Below, one piece after another: positions 1-15,018 of a DNA stretch of 64,000 nucleotides. This stretch comes from Parasitella parasitica NRRL 2501. Taxonomy: Eukaryota > Fungi > Mucoromycota. The stretch covers positions 1 through 64,000 of the forward strand of contig MU619397.1 in assembly GCA_025201805.1 (NCBI GenBank), written 5' to 3'. The translations under genes were made by a program, and so were the position numbers. The notes below the pieces were generated by a model. The model worked only from the letters and a program-made list of their open reading frames with translations, was not told the DNA's origin and made no database searches. Numbering within the stretch: the first letter of the stretch is position 1; each line of letters starts with the position of its first letter.

Positions 1-479
1 AATTTCAACAAACTTGCTGATGTCTTTCTGAACAAGAAAAGAATATAGGCCTGCCCTCGATGAGGGCTATATTCGGTAAATTCAGAAACTCTATAAAGCT
101 TATTACTATCAGAAACTCATCCTCTTTTTCTTCTATATAATTTTTTTTACAACATAACCATCTCTTTTGTTGGTACGTATGCAATTACTCTTTGCGCTAT
201 TTTTTATTAACGGTCTTGACATTGTGGCTTTCGTTTGGTCTCATAGTTCATTTACTCTATCAGTATATTGATTATTTATTTAGCAAAAGAAGTTATATTT
301 ATGACAGTAAACAGGCACCAAATTTTCAATTACTGCAATTAAAAGAACCCTTAATTAGCTACTTTATCAGGGATAGTGATGTATTACGGTTTTTATCATA
401 TATAAACGCTTTAAGGCTCAAACAATTGAGACAAATATCCATTCCTTTCAATAAATTCATACAGCAAAGTGCTATTGTC

Positions 480-620
480 CGTTGAGCTAGTCATTTGCTT
501 GTCTGGTCCAGAGTGCAGCTGTTGATTCCGATGTTTTCGCTTTGCTAGTGCTTTACCAGATTGTTGAGGGCTTCTACTTTCTTGAGCTCAATGATTGCTA
601 ACTCATTATCACGACCACAA
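480..620 (-). pseudogene. Decayed fragment resembling a repetitive Mucorales PD-(D/E)XK/REase-fold protein family
   Basis: Minus strand reads GCGRDNELAIIELKKVEALNNLVKH*QSENIGINSCTL. This resembles the ELxxIExKK...QQSKNIRINxCIL pattern recalled from multicopy Mucorales hypothetical proteins. In-frame stops are present. Confidence 0.4.
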
Positions 621-1178
621 CCTTAGTTATTCAGTTAAGGAGAAGGCCGTACTCCCATCCTTAAAGGCCGGATGAGCAGCACAGCTACTCCGAGATTCCA
701 TCCCTCTTTTCATTTAGTACTTGTTTCCAAAATACCAAAAACTTGAGTCTGAAGTATCCTTCCATTAAAAGGAATGAAGAGAAGAGTGAAGTTATGGAAA
801 CGTCAGACGGTATATATCATGCTGGAGTATCAACTAGACAGCGTTAATCGATTACACCTACCGTGTACACATTTAACGTTAATACTTGGTACTACCAAGA
901 ACTGACATATATTTATATACTGCAATTAGCACATTTCTCATTCTTTCCTTTTTCTCTTAAAAACAACCACTTTACTTATAACCAACATAGACTAGAATAG
1001 ACTTTGGTAATAACTAAACGATCATACTTTTCTACTCATATAATTTGTGGGGCTATGTTTGATTGAAGCTGTTATAAAATAAAAAATCAACTATTTATTA
1101 ATATTAATAAATGTGAGCGCGGAGAATGCTTTGGGATTTGAATGTGTAGGAGAAGAATATTTATTGATAATGTACAAT

Positions 1179-2639
1179 TTAATACAAAAAGAAAGAAGAT
1201 GTAGTATAACCCTGCTCTTTTAACACCCAGGCTTCGTTTAACCCAGCTATGTATTTGGAAAACGTTGACCGAGGGGTTGTAAATATGCGTCTTGCATGTG
1301 CTGCTACCATAGCATCCACTAGTGGAATTAAAAACGATTTTAATGATTTGTTGGGATTGTACAAGCAATGCATTTTGTCTAATGGATCCAATAATTCAGG
1401 CGGAATATCGCTCAACGTCAATGTGCAGGGAAAATAATCAAACCATTCCAGCAGTCGGCTGTTTTCTCCACGAATGTCTTTGTGATCTGTTGCAATGTAA
1501 ACGACTGCTCTTGATCCTACATTTTCCATTGATACACTAAAATCCGGCGACACATTTTCACAAACATTTGACCATGGCGGTAGCGATAAGTTATACTGTG
1601 GAATCACATCGATAGGTTGTTCTGGTGAGGGAGGAGGCTTTGGTACACTTGTGAGTACGCCAAATTCATCGTACGGTGGAAGTGGGGGTACGGGGATTCC
1701 CGTTGCTATTGACATGTTCCGTTCAAACTGGTGTAGATTCTCAATGGCGTATTTTTTAAACGGAAGGTCCCCCAAGCGAAAATGAACAGCGTTAAAGCTT
1801 GCTTTTCCGCCTAAATGCTGAACTATTCCTGCCACTGTCTCTCCTAACGGGGTATCTAATCGATAATGTAATGTGGACGATATCAACTGTTGTAACTGAA
1901 TATGTTCTGGTTTCACCATGTTCATACGAGTTGACCCAAAAATGCCGCCTAAATGCAGCAGACGCTCTGTTCGTTTTTGCCAGTGTAATGGCGTAAAAAT
2001 CTTGTAAAATTTACGGTCAGTGAAGCTATCAACAAAGTTTGAACCATTTTGGAGAATAGCTCTTGCTTCCTCAATGTCCTCATAAAGCCTCCAATCGTAT
2101 AAGTGCTCATCATAATGAACAAAAGTGTCATTGTCGTAAATATTGAGGGCTTGTTGCAGCTTTGTGAATGACACGGTATCTATAAAGCGCATTTTCACAT
2201 AAGGCTCGAGCATTGAAAAGTCATGTAATTGAGTCCATGGAATTGCAGCAAAATGATGGTATGCAGCACATCTGCTTCTTTGAGTGTAACTGTGAAGATC
2301 GCCTGGTGTAGGTGGTTGACAAATGAGGTCAAAGTCCTTGGGTGTGGTGAGCCAACTGAGGTGATCCAGTAGCTGGTCCATCTGCATCCAACCTGCCACA
2401 TTTCCCAAGAATGCAGGTGGTATAATAAGCGTTCGTTTTAATAAGGCAGCTAATAGCAGAGCATTTGCTAATTCTATACGTTGATTAGATAACCCAGAAT
2501 GGGGTAAATATGCTAGAAATTTTTCTTGTTGAAGATCAATATGTAATGCATTTTGTGTATATAAAAAATAGAAGGACAGTAATATGCTTATAGTGAATGA
2601 AACAGCAATGATAAATGCGGATTTCTTTTGTTTGATCAT
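1179..2639 (-). CDS. O-fucosyltransferase family (CigA-like) type II membrane glycosyltransferase
   Basis: Single-exon 486-aa ORF with an N-terminal TM anchor. Motifs YLPHSGLSNQRIEL, AVHFRLGD, VYIATD and VDAMVAA..TPRSTFS are typical of O-FucT. Confidence 0.85.
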   Translation of the reverse strand: MIKQKKSAFIIAVSFTISILLSFYFLYTQNALHIDLQQEKFLAYLPHSGLSNQRIELANALLLAALLKRTLIIPPAFLGNVAGWMQMDQLLDHLSWLTTPKDFDLICQPPTPGDLHSYTQRSRCAAYHHFAAIPWTQLHDFSMLEPYVKMRFIDTVSFTKLQQALNIYDNDTFVHYDEHLYDWRLYEDIEEARAILQNGSNFVDSFTDRKFYKIFTPLHWQKRTERLLHLGGIFGSTRMNMVKPEHIQLQQLISSTLHYRLDTPLGETVAGIVQHLGGKASFNAVHFRLGDLPFKKYAIENLHQFERNMSIATGIPVPPLPPYDEFGVLTSVPKPPPSPEQPIDVIPQYNLSLPPWSNVCENVSPDFSVSMENVGSRAVVYIATDHKDIRGENSRLLEWFDYFPCTLTLSDIPPELLDPLDKMHCLYNPNKSLKSFLIPLVDAMVAAHARRIFTTPRSTFSKYIAGLNEAWVLKEQGYTTSSFFLY

Positions 2640-2775
2640 TGTGTCGTATATTGTAAAAAGAAGAAAGAGGGCGTGAAAAAAAGTTTTTTTTTTGGCCTAA
2701 ATGTGGGATTACACTAGAGTATAAATATATCATGGCAAGTTACACAGAGAAGGGAGAAATCAATTTGTGTCATAT

Positions 2776-3370
2776 TTATAGACTCTTGACAACATTTTCT
2801 ACCAAGCTAACATTCAAACCTGTAGTGTCAGGTTCGACAAACAGTTTTTTGACTTTGCCATCTTCCAAAATGGCAGCAAATCTCTTGAAACGACGATTGC
2901 CCAAAGCCGCAGATGCATCAAAGTCTAATTCCATAGCTTTTGCTAATTCGCCTTTGGAGTCAGCTAATAGGGTTACTTTATTGTCTGCTTTATGAGCTTT
3001 GCCCCATTCGGCCATGACAAACGCGTCATTAACAGCGACACAAGCGACCAATTCGACGCCTTTCGATTTCAATGCCTCTGCTTCCTTGATATAACCTGGC
3101 AAATGTGTTTTGCTGCATCCAGGTGTGAAAGCACCAGGTACGCCTATACTTTTATTCAGTATAACTGGCGTTTAACCCACCGCTATGCTGCTGCTACTTA
3201 CCAAACAAGATGGACTTTTTGCCCTTGAATAAGTCTTGGGTCTTTACTGTCTCGCCAGGCGATTTCAGTTGAACTTCAATGTTGGGGATAGTATCACCTT
3301 CAGCAATAAGTAAACGACTGTTATTGGTAAAGCTTCTTCGTTGAATTTGAGAAAACGTAGTGCGCAACAT
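2776..3370 (-). CDS. PRX5: Peroxiredoxin-5-like redoxin with mitochondrial-type presequence (2 exons)
   Basis: Exon 1 (3370-3202) encodes MLRTTFSQIQRRSFTNNSRLLIAEGDTIP. A GT-AG intron spans 3201-3144. Exon 2 carries GVPGAFTPGCSKTHLPGY (peroxidatic Cys) and AVNDAFVM. Confidence 0.92.
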
Positions 3371-4082
3371 TTTACGAGGAAGAGAAGCAAAAAGTGCGTA
3401 TTTAGGGCAGGATACGTTTATAGCCAGAATCGCACAATCTCCGGCATAACAACTAATTTAGGCATCAGCCCTAAAAGATGTAAATGCAGACCTAAGGAAA
3501 ATGCGCTAAAGGTCACCTCTGTTCCAACATTTTGCCATCCTTCTATTTATGCCAATACTGGTATGTTTAAGCACGTACCATAGCGCCTCACTGATTTCGG
3601 AACGCCAACAGGGTTTATTGCTGACAAGATATTGCTGACAAGATATAGATTCTCGGCTTTATCAAATATTCTTGATTTGCACTACAAGATATTTGATCTT
3701 TATGTACGAATTTTATGGGGTGTGGATGTTGAGATAAATGAAAAAGCTCGTCATTTTCCAATATATAGCGTATAAATCACGCCAAATCTACACGAAATTG
3801 AACTTGTGAATGTTTCTATAAGGTATAATAGCAACCAATGACAGTAAAAGACTTTTTAACAGAGCTCTAATCACCATTAAAAATGGCAATTATATGCATC
3901 TACTCAATGATACACATGTACAATTGCAGCGTGAGTCAAGAAAAAAAAAAAGCTGGCAGATTGAGCAAGATAAGATATTTTGCTTGATTGTAGTGCGTAT
4001 AGAAATAAAAGTTAGTAATTTCATCGCTTCCATCAGCCTTTTTACTCTCTTTTCTTTCCATAATCTTTGAGGCATCCCCGTC

Positions 4083-5400
4083 ATGAGCTCTCAACAAACT
4101 TTTCCTATCGACAATGAGCTGTTCCAATTCTATATTCATTACCAATTACGCCTAGTCAGGAAAAGCATGTTGTTATGGGGTGATAATAGCGAAAAGGATA
4201 TTATTGTCAATATCTTGAATAATTGTCAGCATGTCGAAGGAAGTACGGCAACATATAAAGCAACACACACAGATAACCTAATTTTACTTTAAAAATAGAC
4301 ACGCTGCGTACAATTATTAACGAAATATTCGATAATTCAATTCTCAAGCGTACTCATCACAAAGACAAAAGTCAAAAAACTACTGACGACGTAGTCGTAT
4401 TCAACGGAAGGAACACAAACACCAAACAATCAGCAGTGTCTACTGATGAAGACGGTGAACCGTTATATCTTGATTCGAGTCATGAAGAGCCTAGAATCAA
4501 AAAAGCCAAAACTTCAATTACAAGTACGCAAACGTCTACCAAATTTAAAATGGAAAATTCAAAAGGTAAAAGAGAAATCTCCAAACTTCTTGAAAGGGTC
4601 TTGAACCAAGATGCTTCCAAAGGTTTGTACATCGAGCCATTAAATCATAAGAAATTTGCCAACTTGACATTTTGAGCCTATTAGAAATAAATTGTATGGT
4701 TAAATATAAAGAAAGAAGCAGATATGTATTCCACACCAGAATGAAAACCTTGCGCGACAGTTTCAAAATCAATTATACATTTCCTGGAGAAAATTCCTCT
4801 CCTAGCACACCCAACTGCACATTTGAGGTGTTCAAATTGTTCGACAATAGAAGCATTTTAGGTCAATGTCAACTTAACCTTACGTCGTATCGACTTGGAA
4901 AGCTAAGAGAAAAAGAGGAGCAAGTGTTGCCAATTACGACAGTTCGAAACAACTATGAAAAGTACCACAGCTCTTTGAGGGGTATGTATCATTTGGAATA
5001 AAATCACTATGTCTATTCAATCTTTGTCTATTGAAGAAAGCTTAGACAATCCGACATTGTCTTACCGCGAATACGCAAGGTATTGTAAAATACTTGTTAA
5101 GGTTGTTGAAAGACTTGGAGCGTACCCGCTTTTCTTCCCAGAGATATTGCCTCCTAGTACCTTCAAAAAGGTAATAATGCAGTGATTAGGGAATGTTTGA
5201 TATAGTCATTAAAATCTGACTAGGTGGCTCAAGATGATTTCAGCAAGATTCAAGACTATTTTGACGAGCTATTTTCAGAATTCAGGGACATTGCAAGATT
5301 TGACGACAACGATGATTTGATCTTGACAGAAAGTGCTGGGTCGAGCAACTACTCTGATGAAAAAGACGCATATCATAGCCGATTCTTGAAAAATGAATGA
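4083..5400 (+). CDS. Hypothetical protein, copy 1 of a tandem family (5 predicted exons)
   Basis: GT-AG introns join ORF pieces sharing IDNELFQFY, ERSxY, YRxGK, YAR, GxYxxFxPExL and SRFL blocks with the gene at 6166-7475, at equivalent intron positions. Confidence 0.7.
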
Positions 5401-5680
5401 AAAAAGAGATGGAAACAATAATATATTGAAGGCAGAGAGGCGTATCCATTCAGATATTTGTATTAGTATGCAAAACGCATCATTGATTTTACAATTTATC
5501 AACAATAAAAACAAAGAGTTATATCGCCTTTATAAAATGCATAGAGACTACTGAGCACCCAATGACCCTATTAAATACTTGAGTGGATTCTGTATTTTTA
5601 ACCTATTCGACCAGAAATCGAAATTTGAAGATGTGCAGTACATCCAAATCCAACATTCCCCTAGCCCCCCCCCTCTTCCT

Positions 5681-5715
<35 letters not shown>

Positions 5716-5725
5716 NNNNNNNNNN
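5716..5725. other. Assembly gap (also 7952-7961 and 13258-13277)
   Basis: Runs of n adjacent to long T/A homopolymers. Confidence 1.
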
Positions 5726-5835
5726 CACTAAGCAACAACTATAGCGCAAATTATACTTCCCTCAGTAATATAACCAAGAAGTTGGTTATCGTCAATATAT
5801 TAAATGAAATTAAAGATGCCAATGAAAGCAAGTAC
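5726..5835 (+). pseudogene. Partial third copy of the exon-1 end of the tandem family, next to an assembly gap
   Basis: Encodes KLVIVNILNEIKDANES, versus DIIVNILNNCQHVEG (copy 1) and AMLTILTEFENVDG (copy 2), and ends at a donor-like site. Confidence 0.35.
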
Positions 5836-6165
5836 CTCAAATCGTAAATAATCAAAAAATTAAGCTGTATTTAAAGCTAAGAGATCAACGCTTAAGAACT
5901 ACAAATGAACCTGATTATTCTGTGTCGTTATCACACTGGTAACATTTGACTTGACTAATAGTACCAGATAACCGCATTTGATTAATAGCGTGTATTCAAT
6001 ATCATTATTTTACGTATCTTGAAAAGCCTTTCTTACAGCTGTATCACATACAGTAAATATAGAACCTTCAGTCATTGTTTATAAACTTGAAATAAGAAAC
6101 GCGCCCCGTCTCCCAAAATCCCCTTTCTTTTTCTCTCTTATACCTTTACACACATTATATTCAAA

Positions 6166-7475
6166 ATGGCAATAAATGTCAAGAAAGAGCCTCCTACAGC
6201 TATTGACAACGAGCTGTTTCAGTTTTATACTCGATATCAAATGTGCCAAATAAAAAAGAGTACCTCTTTGTGGAATAACAGCAAGGAAAAAGAGGCTATG
6301 TTGACTATTCTCACAGAATTTGAAAATGTTGATGGCAGTAAGTTATATATGAATGTCATTCATACTCGTCTAACATTTTCTTATTAGACACTCTTCGTCT
6401 TATTGTAAACCAGATATTTGAGAATTCTATTCAAAAGTTTAATAATTCAGATAAAGAATCAGAAGGAATGAATGTAGACACTACTGTAATCCATTCAGCA
6501 CCAACGAACGAAACTGGAGCAACAAAGATGGAAGCTCTTGAAAGTAAGCAAGATAACTGTGAAGACGAGTTGGAAGAAGCAAGCACAAGCGATAGTCATG
6601 CCAAAAATATGATTTCAGTCGTACCATTAGTAGAGAATGAAGCGCCTATCATTGTTCCCAAGAACATACAAGAGATCTTGTCACTCCCATCAATTGAAGG
6701 TTTGTAGATCAAAATTTAGTTTGAATAATGGGCCTAATATTGCTTCCAGAAATCCAACACATGACAACCCATATTGAGCGAAGCAAATATATACTCTTGA
6801 AAAGAATGAGGGTTGTAGATGAAAGCTTCAAGTTCAAGGCATCAGCTCAAAATGCATCGTATACTGTTCGTGTGTATAACTTGTTAGGCAATTCCCGTAG
6901 TCCCTTATACCAAAGCCAATTGAATCTCATTGCTTATCGGTTTGGGAAAGTGGTTCAACATGAAACGCTTTATTCAAGTCAAAATGTAAAGGAAGTCGAA
7001 CGAAAATTATATGGCGATTTAATTCGTATGCACACTAGCACTATTTCTTGTACACGTTGCTCAAATTTTGTTCGTAGGAGAAATGAAAAAATTCGGAAGA
7101 AAATGGATTGCACCATATGCTAGATTCATCAGATATAGCGAGAAAGTAGTAAAAACTGTCGAAAAAATTGGCGTTTACGCTTGTTTTATTCCAGAAGTAC
7201 TGTCACCCTATGTATTACAAACTGTAAGTTATGCAAAATTTTCATATATGGCCTGACGCTAAATTTTTTATTGTTTTATGTGTACGTAGATTAGTCGAGA
7301 AAGGCTTCCTATTGTTCAGAAATATATTGACATGAGGTTTAGTCAGTTCAAATCTCTTGCTAAATACGAAACTGATGGAAAAATGATATTGACAAACTTG
7401 AAAACTTTGGGTAAAAATGTAAGCAAAAGAAATGAGGACTACAAGGAAAGTCGATTCTTGAATAGTTGCAACTGA
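6166..7475 (+). CDS. Hypothetical protein, copy 2 of a tandem family (5 predicted exons)
   Basis: MAINVKKEPPTAIDNELFQFYTRYQ...ESRFLNSCN*. Paralogous to 4083-5400 with the same intron layout. Confidence 0.7.
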
Positions 7476-8638
7476 AAAAAAAAAAGAATTCCTTTATGAA
7501 CAAGTTTTACATAAATTCTCTCTCTCTTGAATTAAAACAAAAAAAAATCGTGTACAAATATTCTTGATGCTTTACAAATAAATACTCAGATTGTGTAAAT
7601 GGTTTCTAAATGTACAGCTTAAAAAATATTGCATTTAACCTGATAATGCAAAATCCATTCACTTAACGTGCGATTGAGTAAAAGCTAAACGAAGAAACGT
7701 TTTACAGTATATGGCCAAGTATATGAACCCAGGCAACATCATATCAAAAAATTATCGTGGTTATATATGGATCAATTTTTGTTTATTTAAAAATAACAAA
7801 AAATCGAAAAAAATGGAGCGACAGCAAGATGCTGTGAGCAAGAGAGTGGTATTCGGTCCAGACGAGTGGAGCCCGGAGAGTTTTCAATACGAAAACAGCA
7901 AGAATGGTGCACGATGGGATTCTGATCAGAGGGTAACTGTTTTTTTTTTTTNNNNNNNNNNTTTTTCAATTTTCGTTTTTTTTTTATACTGTTTTTTCAA
8001 TTTTTTTTCATGTTGATTTTCTTCGATTTTGTAGAGCGTCGAGGAGCGAGGCAGAGAACGCCACAGCAAAGTTTCCCGAGTGAGAGCCACAAAAAAGCAA
8101 GGATGGAGTACTTGCTGATCTGGATCCGCTTTTTTTTTTTTTATAGAATGAGCAATTTTTTATAGAGGAGATGAGGAGAGCAGCAGCATAAAAAAAGAGA
8201 CAAAGAGAAAACCGAGTATGTTCAGATGCTACAGGAAGGAAATGGATGAAATAGACATAAGGGTATTGAAAGAATAAAATAAAAATGATAATGATGGTGA
8301 GAACAGAGCGTTTAGCCTTTTCTTTACAATGCCACTGTCAAGAAGAGTTTTCCGGGGTCACCAACTGGGAGGTACACTCAAATGATCCCCATATAATAAA
8401 TGTCAGGAAGAATGAGAGATAAAGGGCATAATTGTATACAAAATTATTGAACTGAAAGAGTGCAGGTATATATACTATAATTTAGTGTGAGAGCAAAATC
8501 CTGCTACTCTCATCTGACACCTTATATTTTATGTTTACATTCCATAAATTGCATAATCGTCATTTCATTAGCAAAACAGGGAGAGCTTATGTAAAAAATC
8601 AGGTGTTATTGTTGCTGTTTTGGCGTGTGAATTCGTTT

Positions 8639-9247
8639 TTATTTCTTTTGCTGGAAAGCTGCTAGTTTATCCTTGAACGTTACGTCGACAAGCAGCTTTG
8701 CAAAATCATCAAAGACAGGATCCTGATCTCTTAATAAATCCAAATCTTTTTCAGGCTGATTTGAAGCGTCTAATTTGGCAATGATCTCTCTCAATTGAGA
8801 ATATTCAAGGAACCCATGAACCTGTTTTGAATAAGCGAGCTTTTCTAAATCTTGAGGCGTTAGCCTGCTCGGGTCTACTTCGTCAGGTGCACTTGTGGGC
8901 GTAATCTCCTTTCTCTGTTGCTGCTCTAGATTATCTGATGAGTTTTCGCCGCAACATTGTAGTCGAATAAACAAAACAAATACCTGTTGATACAGCAGAC
9001 ACTGGAGGTTCGCATGATATTTCTACAAATACGCATCAATATGTGTCGACAGTTGTGCATATTGTTGGTAAGTTTCTGTTACCTTTATGTTCTTTATAAC
9101 AAATCAAGGAGCAGCTGCACGATAATGAGGCATAAGTGACAAGAAAAGACGAATAATGAAATGCTACTAGATACTTTACTATGGCGCTCTACATTGTGGG
9201 CATTTGTATTTGGATTCTTCTTTCTCACACACTTTGCAAATTACCAT
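8639..9247 (-). CDS. HIT1: Zinc finger HIT domain protein (ZNHIT3/Hit1-like)
   Basis: Exon 1 encodes MVICKVCEKEESKYKCPQCRAPY and the next exon CSLICYKEH. The last exon carries the C-terminal DPVFDDFAKLLVD helix. Confidence 0.8.
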
Positions 9248-9609
9248 TTTGTTGTGAGGAGCTGCAATTGATGAAATAGGAAACGGAAGAGTTTTCCCTT
9301 GAAAACGAATGCCATGACAAGCCACTTTGGGCGATTTGCATTAACAACAAACAATCTGTTTATGCATGGCAGCTTTTGCAAGAGGACTCGCTGGCTTACA
9401 AGTAAAACAACAATAAAAAATTAGCCTACTGAGCATTGCATAAAGGCGTATCTCGATGAAATAGCAATCATACATGTAATACATTCAAGGTAGGATTATA
9501 GACAATAGCTGACTCTTTAAACTCAGTGATGGAAGAGAAGAGCTTTTCAAAAGAAACCAAGGAGGCTTTTGCTTCTTTTTTTTTTTTACGGAAGCCTACC
9601 ATCTTGAAT

Positions 9610-10369
9610 ATGAGCTTATTGAGACGATTCAAAGCGACTGACTTGTTCGAGTTCAACAACATGTAATTAAATAAAACGCACAGCCCAAAAACTTGACTAA
9701 CTCACAGCGGAATATAGCAATCTTGACCCTTTGACCGAGACGGTAAAGTCTAGGCACATGTATGAAAAAGACACGCGCGCTTACATGGTTTCGAATATAG
9801 TACAACATCTCATTCTATCTTCAATACCTAGCTCGTTGGCCTGATTTATTCAGTGTTCAAGTCTCTCCCCACACTAGATTGATGGGCTATGGTAAGTAGG
9901 TGTTGTCTGCGTGCAACCATACAGAAATACTGACGACAGTGTAGTGATGGGAAAGACTGAAGGCACAGGTAAAAACTGGCATGGTCATGTTACGGCAATC
10001 ACAGTAGCACCAGAATATCGCAGACTAGGTCTTGCTGATGGCATGATGAATCTGCTGGAAGAAGTGTCTGACAAAGCGTACAATGGATGGTTTGTAGACC
10101 TCTATGTTAGAATGTCCAACTCGGTCGCTATAGACATGTATCGTAAATTTGGATATTCGGTTTATCGACGAGTGCGAAACTATTACGCAGGACATACAAA
10201 TGAAGATGCTTATGGTATGCGAATATGGCGATTGCTTGTCACGTGAACTAAACAAACAATTCAATTAGATATGCGAAAGGCTCTACCAAGAGACACGCAG
10301 AGGGAAACAATAAGAGAGAATGGCGAAAAGGTCTTTATTAATCCAGAGGATATAGATTCATGGCGTTAG
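9610..10369 (+). CDS. NAT3: NatB N-terminal acetyltransferase catalytic subunit (NAA20)
   Basis: Motifs LFEFNN-NLDPLTET, GKTEGTGKNWHGHVTAITVAPEYRRLGLA, FVDLYVRMSN and EDAYDMRKAL across several short GT-AG introns. Confidence 0.93.
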
Positions 10370-10421
10370 ATTTCACATTAAAATAAACAAAAAAAAAAAA
10401 AAAAACCCAAAAAACCAGCAA

Positions 10422-13208
<2,787 letters not shown>

Positions 13209-13941
13209 TTAAAACACAAATGAAAAGAACAGAGAGAGAGAGAGAGAAAGAAAAAAANNNNNNNNNNNNNNNNNNNNAAAAAAAAGGACAAGGGGAAAGG
13301 GGTTATATGAGCAGCGAGCAGCGAGCAGCGAGCAACGAATGGATTCATCTTATTTCATGTCTTCCGTATATATCTGTGTTATTGTTTACTTGGATCTTTC
13401 CAAATTAGGATTTGCTCATGATGGATGAAGAGAAACTCTTGTATTGTCTATAGTCTTGTTACATAATGCCGTAATATGATCAAATCAGAATCTTGCTTGA
13501 TTATTTCGTTGTCCTTTAATATAGCGCCATGAGGCTGATATTATATGGCTTCTACTGACCACGGCGACTGGATTGCAATGCCAGTTGCAACCAGCTGTCC
13601 AAGGCCTTATTTTCGTTGCTCTAATGCAAACATCCAAACCCCATCTAAAGATGCTTCACTACTACCAATTGCACCAGATTTGCCTCTATGGAAGGTGTAA
13701 TCCCTTGAGAAATAATGATAAAACATACACAAACCTGTTTTCAGCCAAACAAGACGGGTGTTCAATCCAGCCACCAGTCTTTTTTGACTGACCTTTTTGT
13801 GGCATGAATGGTAAGAGTGCTATAGTTTGCAGGAGGACAATCAGCTTGCCTCTAGCCGTCTAATACCAAACGCTTTTTCATATCCATATATCACTTTCCA
13901 TTTAATCTGTAAATATATATATATATACACGAAAAACTGAT

Positions 13942-15018
13942 ATGGGAGTCCATGGCACATGGTTATTTCTGGAGGAAAAGGGCATACAAGGGACCAAAGT
14001 ATGCAGTGCAAAATCCATCAACTTTTTGCTGGACGATGCCGGTGTGGAAAATGTAATCCATGTAGATGTCGTAAGCGCATTTTACGATATTATTCGAGAC
14101 AACTTTTTGAAATACGCCAGCAAAAGGAACGACGAAACAATGTTACTCACAGCGGCAAATACAGTCATGAAGTATGCGTCTTTAGTGGTCGACAAATCCA
14201 ACTGCATTCTCTACTTTGATGGTAATCCCACAGCTGAGCGCACGTATGGATACACGAACAGCACAAAGCGAAGGCTGAAAAACCAGGACCATTTGGAGAC
14301 TATCATTACAGAATACTTGAAAACTCCCAGCCATCAACAATACCAGAAAATCGTGAGAGATATAACCAAGCTGTTCTTTATCACAACAGAAATAAAAAGC
14401 ATTTTACGTCAGGTGGCAATGAGCCAGGGCTGGAAGGTGTTTACTGCTATCGGTGAGGCAGAAGTAGAAATTGGAATACGAGGCGGTATTGTCATGTCGA
14501 ATGATTCTGATATGCTTTATTATCCCAAGGTTGAAATGGTGATTAGGCCACACATTTTAGGAGAATTTCAAGTGTACCGCAAGTCTGCGATGCTAAAGAA
14601 ACTTGGTCTGACCAGTGAAGCGTTTACCGCCCTTGGTATCATACCTACAAACGATTACGACGAGTTCCAGTACCCTTATTCCACGCTTAAACACGATGGA
14701 CAGACTTACAAACGAGCTTTTCAAGAAATATTCAGCGACATCAAGCACATCCAGTCAGCTCTGCTGAAGAACCCATATATTCACAATACTCTACCCGTTC
14801 ATCATACCGTGAAAGATTATCTCGAATGCTACATTTCTTTAATGAATAGCAAGCATAATATCCAGCAGAGCGAGAAAAATATTAGTATTTATCAAAACTC
14901 GTACAACATCTTTGTGCTCCAGCGACAGCAAATACTGCCAAGATCCTTTGATTTTCGCGAAGATGCCATCAAACGGCCGTCTTATTTTTTTAATAAAATC
15001 CAGGCAGATCGTAGATGA
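13942..15018 (+). CDS. Intronless XPG/FEN1-like PIN-domain nuclease
   Basis: 358-aa ORF with an MGVHG start and HVDV, YFDG, GEAEVE, SNDSD and H3TH-like LGII-PTNDY motifs in the FEN1/XPG order. Confidence 0.75.
   Translation: MGVHGTWLFLEEKGIQGTKVCSAKSINFLLDDAGVENVIHVDVVSAFYDIIRDNFLKYASKRNDETMLLTAANTVMKYASLVVDKSNCILYFDGNPTAERTYGYTNSTKRRLKNQDHLETIITEYLKTPSHQQYQKIVRDITKLFFITTEIKSILRQVAMSQGWKVFTAIGEAEVEIGIRGGIVMSNDSDMLYYPKVEMVIRPHILGEFQVYRKSAMLKKLGLTSEAFTALGIIPTNDYDEFQYPYSTLKHDGQTYKRAFQEIFSDIKHIQSALLKNPYIHNTLPVHHTVKDYLECYISLMNSKHNIQQSEKNISIYQNSYNIFVLQRQQILPRSFDFREDAIKRPSYFFNKIQADRR

Noticed and set aside
646-656. GGGAGTACGGCC resemblance to 16S rRNA, or a hammerhead core nearby
   Set aside because: The match is only about 12 nt with no rRNA context; the hammerhead CUGANGA/GAAA core is incomplete.
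7814-8280. Possible small spliced gene (MERQQDAVSKRVVFGPDEW...)
   Set aside because: Splice-like signals exist, but it spans an N-gap, is low complexity and has no recognisable homology.
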